IMG/VR virus record: IMGVR_UViG_3300028840_003906
DNA: 64,000 nucleotides
Strand: one strand, 5' to 3'
DNA from: a virus
Position 1 is the first letter of the stretch. Each line of letters opens with the position of its first letter. Below are positions 8,990-18,689 of this stretch, one piece after another. The notes under the pieces are model-generated. The model saw only the letters and a list, made by a program, of their open reading frames with translations, had not been told where the DNA came from and did not search any database. Made by a program: the position numbers and the translations under genes.

Positions 8990-9262
8990 ATGGAGTTCAA
9001 ATCAGACCAGGCAAACCAGGCGTACAAGGAGCTGATCCAGGGGATTTCGGAAAAGGCGATTCGGCTTTATGGTGACGTGAAGAAGATGGAAAGTGCTGGC
9101 GCTCTGGAACCGGAGGATGCTTTTCGTATGAACCTGGCGGTCGAGACGTTCCAGATGGAGTCTCACGCGCGCGCGATACAGGTGTCAGCTGGCGTGGAGC
9201 ACGATATGCTCTTGTTGAATGGCCAGATGGCGGCCACTGTCATGAGCCTGGAGAAGGATTGA
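8990..9262 (+). CDS. hypothetical protein
   Basis: 90-aa ORF with RBS. Confidence 0.65.
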   Translation: MEFKSDQANQAYKELIQGISEKAIRLYGDVKKMESAGALEPEDAFRMNLAVETFQMESHARAIQVSAGVEHDMLLLNGQMAATVMSLEKD

Positions 9263-9594
9263 TGACGCGATACAAGACACAGTTGCAGCGGTATCTGGAG
9301 TCGAAGACGGAGCCCAATGATACGTTTGGGTCGGTCTACGACTGGTACGGCGAGTCCGATGGGAAGAATGCAGTTGGTGAGTTGGTTGATGTCAAGCTCC
9401 CTGATGGCAGCTGGGAGATCGGGGCGATCATTCGGATGATCCACGAGGGGGGGCCATACGGGGGAAAGAGGAGGGTTTCGGTCCATATCAAGAAGGGGAC
9501 GAAGCAGTGGATCGTTGAGGTTTTCAGCAATCGGGACATCGAGTCTCGCGGTCGAATGCGCCCGGAGAGGGCGTGGGTTGGGTCTGGAGGATGA
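9259..9594 (+). CDS. hypothetical protein
   Basis: coupled ORF. Confidence 0.6.
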   Translation: MMTRYKTQLQRYLESKTEPNDTFGSVYDWYGESDGKNAVGELVDVKLPDGSWEIGAIIRMIHEGGPYGGKRRVSVHIKKGTKQWIVEVFSNRDIESRGRMRPERAWVGSGG

Positions 9595-9595
9595 T

Positions 9596-10135
9596 ATGAG
9601 TTTGGAAGGAAAAGTGGCCCTGGAGTCGTTGAGTCAGCAGATGGATTCGCTTCGTTTTTCGCTGGCCGAGATGCTCCAGAAGGCAGAGAGTGTGGAGCCT
9701 GATAAACGCGCGAAGTTCCAGGATCGGATTCGTCGCCTGAATCGAGAGGTCGAAGTCACGGCCGAGGAACTCGGCATCTCCAAGGAGGTCACGGTCCGGG
9801 TCAAGGGCTTCAGCGGCGAGGATGAGCAGTACGAGGTGACCTTCCCGATCTACGGGTGTGACGGGAATAGTTACTGGAAGATCGAGGACGCCCAGGGTGG
9901 CATGATCAGAACAACTGTCAAGGTTGAGCTTGATCTCGACCCGTGTTCGGGGTTTGTGAGGCTCGACTATGCAATGCAGAGAGGGCATGTCGATTTCCTG
10001 GATGGGGCTGGCGCGGACTATTGGCTCGGTCGTGGTGAGCACACCATGGACGGAGATCAGTTCGAGTGCCTCCTGGGCATGGCTTTCCGTAGGTTCGATG
10101 GCATTCGCGTCGATGTTGGGGCGATTGACGAGTGA
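9596..10135 (+). CDS. hypothetical protein, N-terminal coiled coil
   Basis: GGAGG RBS before ATG 9596. Confidence 0.65.
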   Translation: MSLEGKVALESLSQQMDSLRFSLAEMLQKAESVEPDKRAKFQDRIRRLNREVEVTAEELGISKEVTVRVKGFSGEDEQYEVTFPIYGCDGNSYWKIEDAQGGMIRTTVKVELDLDPCSGFVRLDYAMQRGHVDFLDGAGADYWLGRGEHTMDGDQFECLLGMAFRRFDGIRVDVGAIDE

Positions 10136-10656
10136 ACAGGGCGACCAAACAGAAGCTCTCGAAGCTCCGTGCGCTCGTTGATCATCCGGAGACTCCGTAC
10201 GAGGAGAGGGAGAACGCGAAGGCTCGCATCAATGAGATCGAGGAGCGTGTTCGCAAGGAAGAGGATCGGCGCCGGTACATGCATCTGAAGCCATCTGCCA
10301 GGGATATGGCGGAGCGAGTTTCCAGGAAAGGAATCACGGCATTCAAGGCAAAAGTAAGGGCAGAACCGATCGTTCCCGAGGAGGACATTGTCCATGACGC
10401 TTGGCCGTTCGGTTGGCGCGGTCAGAAGGAGCAACTCTCTGAAGGGGAGTACGAGTTTTCGAGCAACGCGGATGGGATGTGCTTCGCGTGGGAGTGTCCG
10501 GATTGTGGGGATCGGGTGGAGAGGCGCGAGGGCCGAAGGAAGATGCTGCAGGTCTCCGGGAGCCGTGAGTCCATCGAAAGGTACATCGCGCGCATGAGGG
10601 GCGCGGACAGGAATCAGCTCTGCGTCAAGTGCTGGAGGAAGTGGAGTGAGCAGTGA
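10132..10656 (+). CDS. DUF2786-like N-terminus plus CxxC zinc motifs
   Basis: KLRALVDHPETPYEERENAK; CPDC...CVKC. Confidence 0.6.
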   Translation: MNRATKQKLSKLRALVDHPETPYEERENAKARINEIEERVRKEEDRRRYMHLKPSARDMAERVSRKGITAFKAKVRAEPIVPEEDIVHDAWPFGWRGQKEQLSEGEYEFSSNADGMCFAWECPDCGDRVERREGRRKMLQVSGSRESIERYIARMRGADRNQLCVKCWRKWSEQ

Positions 10657-10868
10657 GCATTCACCCGAAGAAGAAACCGAAATACAGGGTGAAGACTTGT
10701 TTTGAGTGCTTGGCAAATCCTGAATTCGGAGTCTGGTCGACGATTTGCACAGGGGATCGGGATGAGATCGATGATTTCCTGGAGACGCACTTCGTGAACC
10801 CGGTTCGGATTGAGGTGTTTAATACGGAGAAGGGCTGGGTTGATATCACCAGTGGTTTTGGAGGATGA
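10653..10868 (+). CDS. hypothetical protein
   Basis: coupled 71-aa ORF. Confidence 0.55.
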   Translation: MSIHPKKKPKYRVKTCFECLANPEFGVWSTICTGDRDEIDDFLETHFVNPVRIEVFNTEKGWVDITSGFGG

Positions 10869-10869
10869 A

Positions 10870-11808
10870 ATGTCGAGAATGTTGATTGCTGAAAGTTTCG
10901 ATGGGCAGGAGCTGCCCGTATTTGAGGTCGATGGGAAGCCGCACTGGATCGCGAAGCAGGTCGGAGCCGCTCTCGGGTACGCGGGAGACGGGAGGGAGTT
11001 GCCGCAGTCGATAACTCAGAAGTGGTCTGATGAGTTTGTCGAGGGTGATGACTTCATTTTGCTGAGGGGCAAGGAACTCCGTGATTTCAAAGAGTTGTGT
11101 TCACTAGGCGGCGGTTCGCCGCTTAGTCCGAACACTCCTCATCTGATGCTGCTGACCGAGGAAGGTGTATACAACTGCGCGATCCTCAGTCGGAAGCCAG
11201 CAGGCAGGAGGCTGAGGAAATGGCTGAAGACCGAGGTTCTTCCCCAGATTGCGAGGAGCGGGAAGTACCTCGCGAAACCGTCCGCCGACATCGATCTTCT
11301 CAGGTTGGAATCGAGCGAGAGGATCGAGATGAAGAGGCTGGAGATTCAGCGGATCGAAGCCGAGACGGCATCCAAGAAGGTCGACATCGATCACTCTCGA
11401 AATGAAAGGCTTTGCCGAAAGCAGGAATCCGATGCTTACCGGATCGTCGGGAAGTCGATGTTTGAGAATGGTGACATATCGAAATCGGATCTCAGTAAGT
11501 ATCAGATCCATGCTGCGGAGCTTCTCGTTGGTGGTCGGATAGAGAGACTGCATGCGAGGGACGGGTCTGGTCCATGGAAGAGGGCACGCGATCTGGCCAG
11601 AGAATGGAAGGTTTCTGAGCAGAAGGTTGGTCGTGCGGCTGTTGCGCTTTCTTTGCGTGGAAACATCAAGGGGATGGTCAGGGAGGTGGTCTGCAGAAGG
11701 GAACATTCTTCTGGGTCATCTACCACGCATGAGTACAGCCGCAAGGCGCAGGCAAAAATCAAAGGTTACATCTTTGACCGACAGGCAAATATACAGGGTG
11801 TGGGATGA
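10870..11808 (+). CDS. Bro-N domain antirepressor-like protein
   Basis: DGKPHWIAKQVGAALGY, LLTEEGVY...SRKPAGRRLRKWL..EVLPQI. Confidence 0.9.
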   Translation: MSRMLIAESFDGQELPVFEVDGKPHWIAKQVGAALGYAGDGRELPQSITQKWSDEFVEGDDFILLRGKELRDFKELCSLGGGSPLSPNTPHLMLLTEEGVYNCAILSRKPAGRRLRKWLKTEVLPQIARSGKYLAKPSADIDLLRLESSERIEMKRLEIQRIEAETASKKVDIDHSRNERLCRKQESDAYRIVGKSMFENGDISKSDLSKYQIHAAELLVGGRIERLHARDGSGPWKRARDLAREWKVSEQKVGRAAVALSLRGNIKGMVREVVCRREHSSGSSTTHEYSRKAQAKIKGYIFDRQANIQGVG

Positions 11809-12599
11809 TCGATTTCGAAGACATAAGTTGCGATCTGAAGTTTGATTTTTTTCGCGAGGACACTGATGTCCGATCTCCTGAGTGTGGCGCAAGGGTGACA
11901 CACGTTCCGACTGGGATTTCGGCGTATGGTGGTGGGTACATTGGAAAAGGCCCAGTTGTCCGACGGAAGAACATGGACAGGGCCGTCAAGCAACTCCTCC
12001 GTGAGATGAACAAGAAAGGGGTCGAGATCAAATTTGGACCGATGCGAGCCCTTACGATTTGGCCCGAATGGCTGTTTGCGATTCAGCATCTTGGGAAGAG
12101 GGTCGAGAATCGAACATGGACCCAGAAGGGCGTGGTTGGCGAGAGGATCGTACTTCATGCTGGCGTGAACATCGGTGGTCGGCCTGGGAAAAGAGCCGCA
12201 GAAAGCGGCCTCTTGGCTCTCGGTGGCATGGCTGTGTTGAATGGCTGGTCTTGGATGCTTGATGATGAACTCAAATATATGAGCTTCGGTGGAACGGGGG
12301 ATGGACGTTATCCTGTCGATATGGTCATCGATTCTTCGTCTGGTGTTTCCGGGAAGAAGATCGCCAAAGGGGCATTTGTTGGAACTGCCGTTGTCTCAAA
12401 AATAACGAAGAGTGACATTTGGGGTGGGTACTCTGGATTTACTGTGCCACCATGGGGGGCGGACGGGCAGTATCACTGGCATCTTGATGGTTTGAGATTC
12501 TTCAAGGACCCTATTCCAGCGAAGGGGAAGCAGAAGCTTTGGCGACTTGCGGACGATCAGGTCCTGGCCATTTCTCATGCGGATGTGATTGGAGATTAG
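11805..12599 (+). CDS. ASCH domain protein with release-factor-like N-terminal segment
   Basis: GARVTHVPTGISA (RF-1-like, no GGQ); MRALTIWPEW...GKRVENRTW (ASCH). Confidence 0.75.
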   Translation: MIDFEDISCDLKFDFFREDTDVRSPECGARVTHVPTGISAYGGGYIGKGPVVRRKNMDRAVKQLLREMNKKGVEIKFGPMRALTIWPEWLFAIQHLGKRVENRTWTQKGVVGERIVLHAGVNIGGRPGKRAAESGLLALGGMAVLNGWSWMLDDELKYMSFGGTGDGRYPVDMVIDSSSGVSGKKIAKGAFVGTAVVSKITKSDIWGGYSGFTVPPWGADGQYHWHLDGLRFFKDPIPAKGKQKLWRLADDQVLAISHADVIGD

Positions 12600-12600
12600 G

Positions 12601-12873
12601 ATGGGAACATACGCGAACCAAAAGAGGGAGATCGTTGGTGCGACATTTTGCTTCTCCTGCAACCTGGAGACAGGAAAGATCCGGTTGTGCAAGGAGGCAA
12701 AGGCCAGGGTGGGCTGGGATTTCAAGCTGGTTGACGTGCTTGTTCTTGATGAGGATGGTGGCGCGGAGATCTTTGTCTTTTCCAAGCGTGCTACGGATGC
12801 CAGGATCAGGGCTGAGAGGCAGCTGAAGAGGTACCTCGAACGCCAGGATCGACCTGACGGGGTGGCTGCATAA
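12601..12873 (+). CDS. hypothetical protein
   Basis: 90-aa ORF. Confidence 0.55.
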   Translation: MGTYANQKREIVGATFCFSCNLETGKIRLCKEAKARVGWDFKLVDVLVLDEDGGAEIFVFSKRATDARIRAERQLKRYLERQDRPDGVAA

Positions 12874-12946
12874 TCGGTTTGGTTTCCGGTGCGATGCAAG
12901 GTATCATGTTGGGGTTCTGTTTCTGATTCGAAAGGAAAAAGCATAC

Positions 12947-13147
12947 ATGTCATTCGAGATCGGTGATGCCCAGATTGTTCATGAGACAGAGGATTCGCTT
13001 TTCATTGAGGCTCCGAAGTTCGGAGGGGATTCAGTCTGCATTCCGATGAGGCAGGTCTGGTTCAGTGAGTCTGATGCGAAAAAAGTGGGGGATGTCGGGA
13101 CGATTGTTGTCTCGGATTGGCTTGCAAAGAAAAGGGGATGGGTTTGA
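12947..13147 (+). CDS. hypothetical protein
   Basis: 66-aa ORF after TTGGTT-17-TATCAT. Confidence 0.6.
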   Translation: MSFEIGDAQIVHETEDSLFIEAPKFGGDSVCIPMRQVWFSESDAKKVGDVGTIVVSDWLAKKRGWV

Positions 13148-13734
13148 AGAAATACAATGTGATCCTTTCGGATTGCCCTTGGCAGTATGCGGACCGAGCC
13201 GGGTCCCGTGGGGTCGAGAACCACTACCGGACCATGAGCAACAAGGACCTGATGCACCTTCGTGTGGGAGACCTTGCCGCCGAGGATAGCGTCCATTTTC
13301 TGTGGGTCACGGGTCCTTTTATGCTGACGGGGATTCGTCTCCTGCAGGCGTGGGGGTTCACGTACAAAGGGGTGGCTTTCACTTGGGTGAAGAAGAACAA
13401 GAAGGCCGACACGTTCTTTACTGGGATGGGCCACTACACACGGAGCAATGCCGAGTTCGTTCTCATTGGGACGCGCGGAAGGTTGGAGCGCAAGTCCAGG
13501 AGTGTGCATTCGATCGTGGTGGCTCCGGTCATGAAGCATTCGGCGAAGCCAGAGGATGTTCGGGATAGGATCGTCGAGCTGTATGGTGATGTTCCAAGGC
13601 TGGAGATATTCGCTCGCAGCAAGTGTGAGGGTTGGGATCAGACTGGTCTGGAGCTGGACGGCAAGGATGTGAGGGACTTCATTGATGAGGTATCTCCGGC
13701 CCCGAGGCTGTCAGCTCTGTTGTCGCGAACTTGA
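13138..13734 (+). CDS. MT-A70 family adenine methyltransferase
   Basis: ILSDCPWQY, LWVT, WGFTY, GMGHYTRSNAE, HSAKP, LEIFAR. Confidence 0.92.
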   Translation: MGLKKYNVILSDCPWQYADRAGSRGVENHYRTMSNKDLMHLRVGDLAAEDSVHFLWVTGPFMLTGIRLLQAWGFTYKGVAFTWVKKNKKADTFFTGMGHYTRSNAEFVLIGTRGRLERKSRSVHSIVVAPVMKHSAKPEDVRDRIVELYGDVPRLEIFARSKCEGWDQTGLELDGKDVRDFIDEVSPAPRLSALLSRT

Positions 13735-13739
13735 GTTCG
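13726..13739. promoter_or_regulatory. LexA-type box copy 5
   Basis: CGAACTTGAGTTCG overlapping the stop codon. Confidence 0.75.
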
Positions 13740-13755
13740 CAGAAAGAGGTTCGAG

Positions 13756-14073
13756 ATGAAATCGTACTGGAATGTTTGTTGGATCATCCTGGTTGGACTG
13801 GTCCTTTCCACATACCTGCCGGGGTGCCATGACGATTGCAAGACGGGAAAGACCCGGTGCAATGGTGAGAAGGTGGAGACATGCAACACCGAGACGGACT
13901 GGGAGCTTTCCGCGAACTGCGCGAAGGTTGAGGATTTCGGACTCGGAATTTCGTGGACATGCTGTTTTCTGCCGGAGATTGAGATGCATACCTGCTTGCC
14001 AGCAGAGGAGTGTTCTGCGCTGGCGGACGCGGGGATCGATTCCGGAGTGGATTCCGGGGATGGAGGTGAATGA
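13756..14073 (+). CDS. Cys-rich lipoprotein
   Basis: hydrophobic signal, LPGC lipobox, multiple Cys. Confidence 0.7.
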   Translation: MKSYWNVCWIILVGLVLSTYLPGCHDDCKTGKTRCNGEKVETCNTETDWELSANCAKVEDFGLGISWTCCFLPEIEMHTCLPAEECSALADAGIDSGVDSGDGGE

Positions 14074-14696
14074 TGGCAAACCTGAAGGTGACAGGCCAAG
14101 AGGTCAGGGACTTTTGGAAGTACATGGAGAAGAAGTACGATTTCAAGGTTGTGCAGAAGAAGGACGCCGAGGAGATGCAACTCATCGGATGGGCCTTGGA
14201 GACCATGGGGATCCGGGACAAGAAGGGGTTCCTGAATAGCTGCGCGACGACGATCTGCCTCGGGGACGTGCGTAGGGTCTACATGCCGTACGAGATTGGG
14301 GTGGGGCGGCACAGCCACCTCCTGCATCAGATTGAGCTTTGTGCCCACGAGGCGCAGCATGTCGTTCAAGCGGATCGGGAGCGCGGGCAGCCGATGAAGT
14401 ATCTCCTGTCGGATGCGAACCGGGCCTTCTATGAGGCCGATGCATACCGGGCGACCATGGAGATGGAGTACTTCATGACGGGCAAGATGACGTCCCCGAG
14501 AGACCTGGCGAACATCCTCAGGGGGTATTCGATCGGGAAGGCTGATCGGCGCATTGCTGAGAAGCATCTCCGTATCGCCGCAGAGGTCGTCAAGCGCGGT
14601 GGGGTCATCACGGGGACCTCGAAGACTGCGATTCGGTGGTGGAAGAACAAGAAAAAGAGAGTTCCACTCCGGAAAGTTTCCTATTTCCGCGTGTAA
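14070..14696 (+). CDS. putative zinc metallopeptidase-fold protein
   Basis: HEAQH (HExxH) plus downstream EADAY. Confidence 0.6.
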   Translation: MMANLKVTGQEVRDFWKYMEKKYDFKVVQKKDAEEMQLIGWALETMGIRDKKGFLNSCATTICLGDVRRVYMPYEIGVGRHSHLLHQIELCAHEAQHVVQADRERGQPMKYLLSDANRAFYEADAYRATMEMEYFMTGKMTSPRDLANILRGYSIGKADRRIAEKHLRIAAEVVKRGGVITGTSKTAIRWWKNKKKRVPLRKVSYFRV

Positions 14697-14838
14697 GACT
14701 GCGTATCTTTTCTGAAAATAAAAGTTTCAGAAATCGACCCGGATGAGTTGACAAACGCTCTTTTCTGACGCAATACTACCAGTGCGAAGAGGGGAAGGCC
14801 CCGAAGATAGCCAGGAAGATCCTGGCAGGAGGTACAAG

Positions 14839-15366
14839 ATGGACAACGTTATAAGAACCGTCATCGGCAAATTGGTCAGCGGGCGCACTAAGGGTGACAA
14901 GGCGGCTCGGGCAGCGATCGAGCCCGGTGTGTATGAGGTCGATACGACGGTGCATGTCACTGGTAAGTTGACCGTCGGAGAGGATCATGAGATTGCTCCG
15001 ACGGCCTCTTTGTTGAACAAGGAGTTCTTCGCGATGGTCCTGCACAACGCGGGCGTGACGCGCGAGGCGGCGGTGAAGGCGATGGAGGAGGCGGCATCGG
15101 AGTACCTGCTGGGATGGACAGGGAGCGAAGAGGACAAGGAGGCTGCGAAGGAGGCCAGGAAGGAGAAGCTCGCCGAGTACGATCCCGAGGGCAAGATGGC
15201 TGGCCTGATCGACGGGTTCAAAGGAAGGCTTCCCATGGTCCCCTCGAAGGGCAAGACGACATGGAAAGGGAACTTCATCGAGGTCGAGGGGACTGCCACG
15301 ACCGAGATCGGAGAGGAAGGCGTCGCGGTCGAGACCGTCCTGGAGAAGACCGAGGACGTCGCATAG
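14839..15366 (+). CDS. hypothetical protein
   Basis: AGGAGG RBS, follows TTGACA promoter at 14748. Confidence 0.75.
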   Translation: MDNVIRTVIGKLVSGRTKGDKAARAAIEPGVYEVDTTVHVTGKLTVGEDHEIAPTASLLNKEFFAMVLHNAGVTREAAVKAMEEAASEYLLGWTGSEEDKEAAKEARKEKLAEYDPEGKMAGLIDGFKGRLPMVPSKGKTTWKGNFIEVEGTATTEIGEEGVAVETVLEKTEDVA

Positions 15367-15439
15367 AGCAAGTCAGGATCCACTCCCAGGGGGGTACCAG
15401 GTAATGCTGGCCCCCCTCGGCCAGTAGAAGGAGGCTGAT

Positions 15440-15736
15440 ATGAGTGCAGACAATTGGGCGATTTGCCCGAAGTGCAAAGAGAGGCTGATCGAGGAGAACC
15501 GCAAGGAGGTGGCTCGTGTCTCGGATGCATACGGGAAGGTGTCAGAGGAAGAATACGCCAGGATGAAGGCTGATCTTGAAAGCACGGATCCGCTGAACGG
15601 TATCAAGCATACGCTGCGGGAGGATTACGAGATTGGGGTTGAATCGGATGGGACATTCTGTGTGGACTTCCGGGCAAGCTGCAGTGAGTGTGATTTCTCT
15701 TTCAGTTACGAGAGGGAGATCACTCTGGATCAGTAG
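15440..15736 (+). CDS. phage hypothetical protein (MSADNWAICPKC)
   Basis: 98-aa ORF with two CxxC. Confidence 0.7.
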   Translation: MSADNWAICPKCKERLIEENRKEVARVSDAYGKVSEEEYARMKADLESTDPLNGIKHTLREDYEIGVESDGTFCVDFRASCSECDFSFSYEREITLDQ

Positions 15737-15810
15737 GGTTGATCTTTCGATCCTGGAAAAGTAGGATAAAGAAGATGCTGAATGTTTCACGGTTGACAAT
15801 GCGAGCGATA

Positions 15811-16122
15811 CGGACCCTGAGCGGTCAGGCGACGATTCGCCATATCGCTGTCGCAGATGTCCCGTGCGTGCGACGAGAGGAGGTTGTCCCGCTACGCGCC
15901 TTCGCGAAGAACATGGTGTACTCTCGCCATGCCGTCGCTGGACAAAGGGTCCGTCCAGGAATTGGACTCAAGCACCGTGCAATGCCGTCTAAGGGGCCAA
16001 GCCCCGAGGATCGCCCTCCCTAAGTATGTGCGCACCCATGTAGCGGTGGGAAACGTGCACCAGGAAAACGACAGAGAGTAAGAATGTGATGAGGGCACCC
16101 GGGAGACTGGGTGCCCTTTTTT
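15811..16122 (+). ncRNA. candidate structured noncoding RNA
   Basis: CGGACCCT/AGGGTCCG closing stem, several internal hairpins, terminator at end. Confidence 0.4.
16093..16122 (+). terminator. intrinsic terminator
   Basis: GGGCACCC-8nt-GGGTGCCC followed by T6. Confidence 0.9.
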
Positions 16123-16197
16123 CTGTTGTACCCTGAATTCCGTTTTGCTAGGATTGGTCATGAAATGCGGTTGTTGATCGAACAGAAGGTGGCACAG

Positions 16198-16581
16198 ATG
16201 AAGAACCTCCCTGTCATGGACTCGGACTTTGACAGCTCGAACGTCCACTCGATAGGGTATGATGAGCCGTCGATGACCCTGTTTGTTCGGTTCTGGAAAG
16301 AGAGCCTGAGCAAGCGATCTCAGGTTCCGGGGCCGATCTACAAGTACTACAAGGTTCCGAAGAAAATTTACCTTCAGATGTACTATGCGAAGTCCAAAGG
16401 GAAGTTCGTGTGGGAGCGTCTCCGGAAGAGGTACCGGTACACGATGATCGGTCGGCCTGGATGGCGCGGGCCGCTGAAAAAGAAGAGCCGACCGAAGGCA
16501 ATGAACCCAGCCAGAGAAGAGCGCAGGCGCAGCGCACCCAAGCGCAGATCCTCCAAGAAAAGACCAGCTGCCGCAAGATAG
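16198..16581 (+). CDS. KTSC domain protein with basic tail
   Basis: DSSNVHSIGYD...LFVRF...YKYYKVP...SKGKF. Confidence 0.88.
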   Translation: MKNLPVMDSDFDSSNVHSIGYDEPSMTLFVRFWKESLSKRSQVPGPIYKYYKVPKKIYLQMYYAKSKGKFVWERLRKRYRYTMIGRPGWRGPLKKKSRPKAMNPAREERRRSAPKRRSSKKRPAAAR

Positions 16582-16668
16582 TCGACTTTTTATAGTTGAC
16601 AAACCTCGATACAAGCTAAAACATGGTCATAGAAGATCATTCACTAGGGAATGATCAGGGAGGAGACC

Positions 16669-17889
16669 ATGAGACGGTTCATTTTAGCGGCGCTTTTCAT
16701 TCTCGGATGCGGCTCGGAGGCGGGATCGTATTGGGGGGTTGATGGCGGACAGGATGGCTGGGAAGATTCCAGCAGCGATGGTGACACCGATGCGGACACG
16801 GATTCCGACACGGACGCTGATGCCGACGCGGATGCGGACACGGATGCTGATGCGGATAGCGATGCGGACACAGACGCAGATACGGACGCGGACACGGACA
16901 CTCTGTCATGTTCAACGCCCTGGGAGACCAAGTGCTTCTGGGACGAGGTCTGGAAATGCGACCTGGATCGTTGGGTGTTTGATGAGGATTGTGCGTATGC
17001 AGGGAAACTCTGCAACGTAGACATGGATGGGAATGCAGCCTGTGTTGGATCAGGCGCCGACGCGGACACGGATGCCGACGCGGATGCGGATACCGACGCA
17101 GATGCAGATGCTGATACCGATGCGGACACGGACGCGGACAGCGACGCGGACACGGATACGGACACGGACGCGGATACGGACACTGTCGAGTGCACGGGGG
17201 CGGGGACGGTGTGTGATGGGACCAGGCTTGCCGAGTGCATCAGTGGGTCCTGGCACATCTGGATGGATTGTGTCGGTCTCGGAAAGGTGTGCGAAGGCGG
17301 TGAGTGTATCGAGGCGGCTGGCTCCGACGCGGATGCTGATACGGACGCGGATTCCGACGCGGATTCGGATGCAGATACCGACACGGACACTGACACGGAC
17401 ACGGATGTAGGGGTAGGTCCTCAGACTGGGGACGCCTGCGCTGATGGGGTTGGATTGCTGCAAGTGCTTGATGATTCGAGTGGGATCTGTTGGTACAACG
17501 CCAGGTATCTTGGGTCTGATCGGTATCAGGGGGCAATTGAATGGTGTCGGATGCTCGATGACAACGCGCAGACGAATTACGGGTGGCGTATCCCGACAGA
17601 AGACAATGCACTAGAGCTGATGACGAATTGCGAATGGATCAGTGGAACTGTCCCACCGTATTACCGTGCCCACTACCAGTGTGATCGGTTCGACCAGACG
17701 GAGATGGGCGAAGTGATGAGTTGGGGGATCGGGTACGATGTCTGGATTGATGGCACCGGTTACGGGTGGGGGACCGGTGGGGTGGATCTCTCCGAGGGGA
17801 TGATCGAGTACGACTTCTCGGTTGACTGGTCCGAAGCTGGGCCTCGGAATGTCGTTTGTGTTTTCGATGTTGATCTGACATCTGTCTAG
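16669..17889 (+). CDS. lipoprotein with three Asp-Ala/Thr repeat linkers and Cys-rich modules
   Basis: MRRFILAALFILGC lipobox; DADTD tracts. Confidence 0.85.
   Translation: MRRFILAALFILGCGSEAGSYWGVDGGQDGWEDSSSDGDTDADTDSDTDADADADADTDADADSDADTDADTDADTDTLSCSTPWETKCFWDEVWKCDLDRWVFDEDCAYAGKLCNVDMDGNAACVGSGADADTDADADADTDADADADTDADTDADSDADTDTDTDADTDTVECTGAGTVCDGTRLAECISGSWHIWMDCVGLGKVCEGGECIEAAGSDADADTDADSDADSDADTDTDTDTDTDVGVGPQTGDACADGVGLLQVLDDSSGICWYNARYLGSDRYQGAIEWCRMLDDNAQTNYGWRIPTEDNALELMTNCEWISGTVPPYYRAHYQCDRFDQTEMGEVMSWGIGYDVWIDGTGYGWGTGGVDLSEGMIEYDFSVDWSEAGPRNVVCVFDVDLTSV
16780..17405 (+). repeat. three blocks of 6-nt-period GAY-RCS coding repeats
   Basis: approx. 16780-16900, 17055-17185, 17325-17405. 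Confidence 0.85.
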
Positions 17890-17909
17890 GAAGTATCATC
17901 AGGAAAAGA

Positions 17910-17923
17910 CGAACTTGAGTTCG
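17910..17923. promoter_or_regulatory. LexA-type box copy 6
   Basis: CGAACTTGAGTTCG intergenic. Confidence 0.75.
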
Positions 17924-17940
17924 TGATGAGCGAGGGTGGA

Positions 17941-18156
17941 ATGAATCTTTACCTGGTGAGCAAGAAGTCGCAGAACGAGACGAGGACCGGCGTGATAGAA
18001 GTCGCCGAGATGAGTGTCGTAGGAATCTTCACGACGGAGAGCCGGGCAAACGATATGGCGGCAAAGTATGATGCCGATGTGACGTCATTCGTTGCCGACA
18101 AGGAGTCGTTCGTGGCGGTACAAAGGTGGGTGAACCCTGGCTTCGTCCAAGATTGA
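17941..18156 (+). CDS. hypothetical protein
   Basis: 71-aa ORF with RBS. Confidence 0.6.
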   Translation: MNLYLVSKKSQNETRTGVIEVAEMSVVGIFTTESRANDMAAKYDADVTSFVADKESFVAVQRWVNPGFVQD

Positions 18157-18226
18157 TGTTGACATATCGACTTCTTCGATGTAAAACGTCTCGTGATTTT
18201 CGCTCTTTGATGGCGGAGGTATTGGC

Positions 18227-18430
18227 ATGAGGTTGAGGCATTTTTCGGGTAAAATCTGTGATGTCGAAATCGTCGATAAGACGGAGCCTTTGCTCAGGGT
18301 GGGAGACGGTGATCCATTCGGTCCTCTGGTTGCCGGGATGATGTTTGAGTCTTTCCCGGAATGCATTGTTGATGTAGACGAGGACGAGGAGCGGCTCCTG
18401 AAGAAAGGTGGGTTTGTCATTGATCGATGA
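18227..18430 (+). CDS. hypothetical protein
   Basis: GGAGGT RBS. Confidence 0.55.
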   Translation: MRLRHFSGKICDVEIVDKTEPLLRVGDGDPFGPLVAGMMFESFPECIVDVDEDEERLLKKGGFVIDR

Positions 18431-18689
18431 GGCAATGAAGGAGATGGTCAGGAACTGGGCGGAGCATTCAGCGTCTGCGTTTGATGGGAAGCCGAGATCG
18501 GAGTGCGAGGAGAACTTGAAGGAGTCCTTTGTCAATTCGCTCAAGGTTGGTGCTCCTGTGATCCCGGAGTTGAAAACCGTGGTTGCCGGTTTTTCTTGGG
18601 ACGAAGAGAACAGGATTTCTGTTGAGACGGATCCGGAGAAGGTCACGGATGAGATGCTCGTGATAAGGGGGCAAGAATGGCTGGGATAG
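18408..18689 (+). CDS. hypothetical protein
   Basis: ORF; start uncertain. Confidence 0.5.
   Translation: MGLSLIDEAMKEMVRNWAEHSASAFDGKPRSECEENLKESFVNSLKVGAPVIPELKTVVAGFSWDEENRISVETDPEKVTDEMLVIRGQEWLG

Noticed and set aside
15739-16081. ORFs 15739-16023 and 15857-16081
   Set aside because: No RBS, no motifs, overlap a structured region
16644-17402. Ser/Ala/Val-repeat ORF on the minus strand
   Set aside because: Antisense shadow of the Asp-repeat lipoprotein
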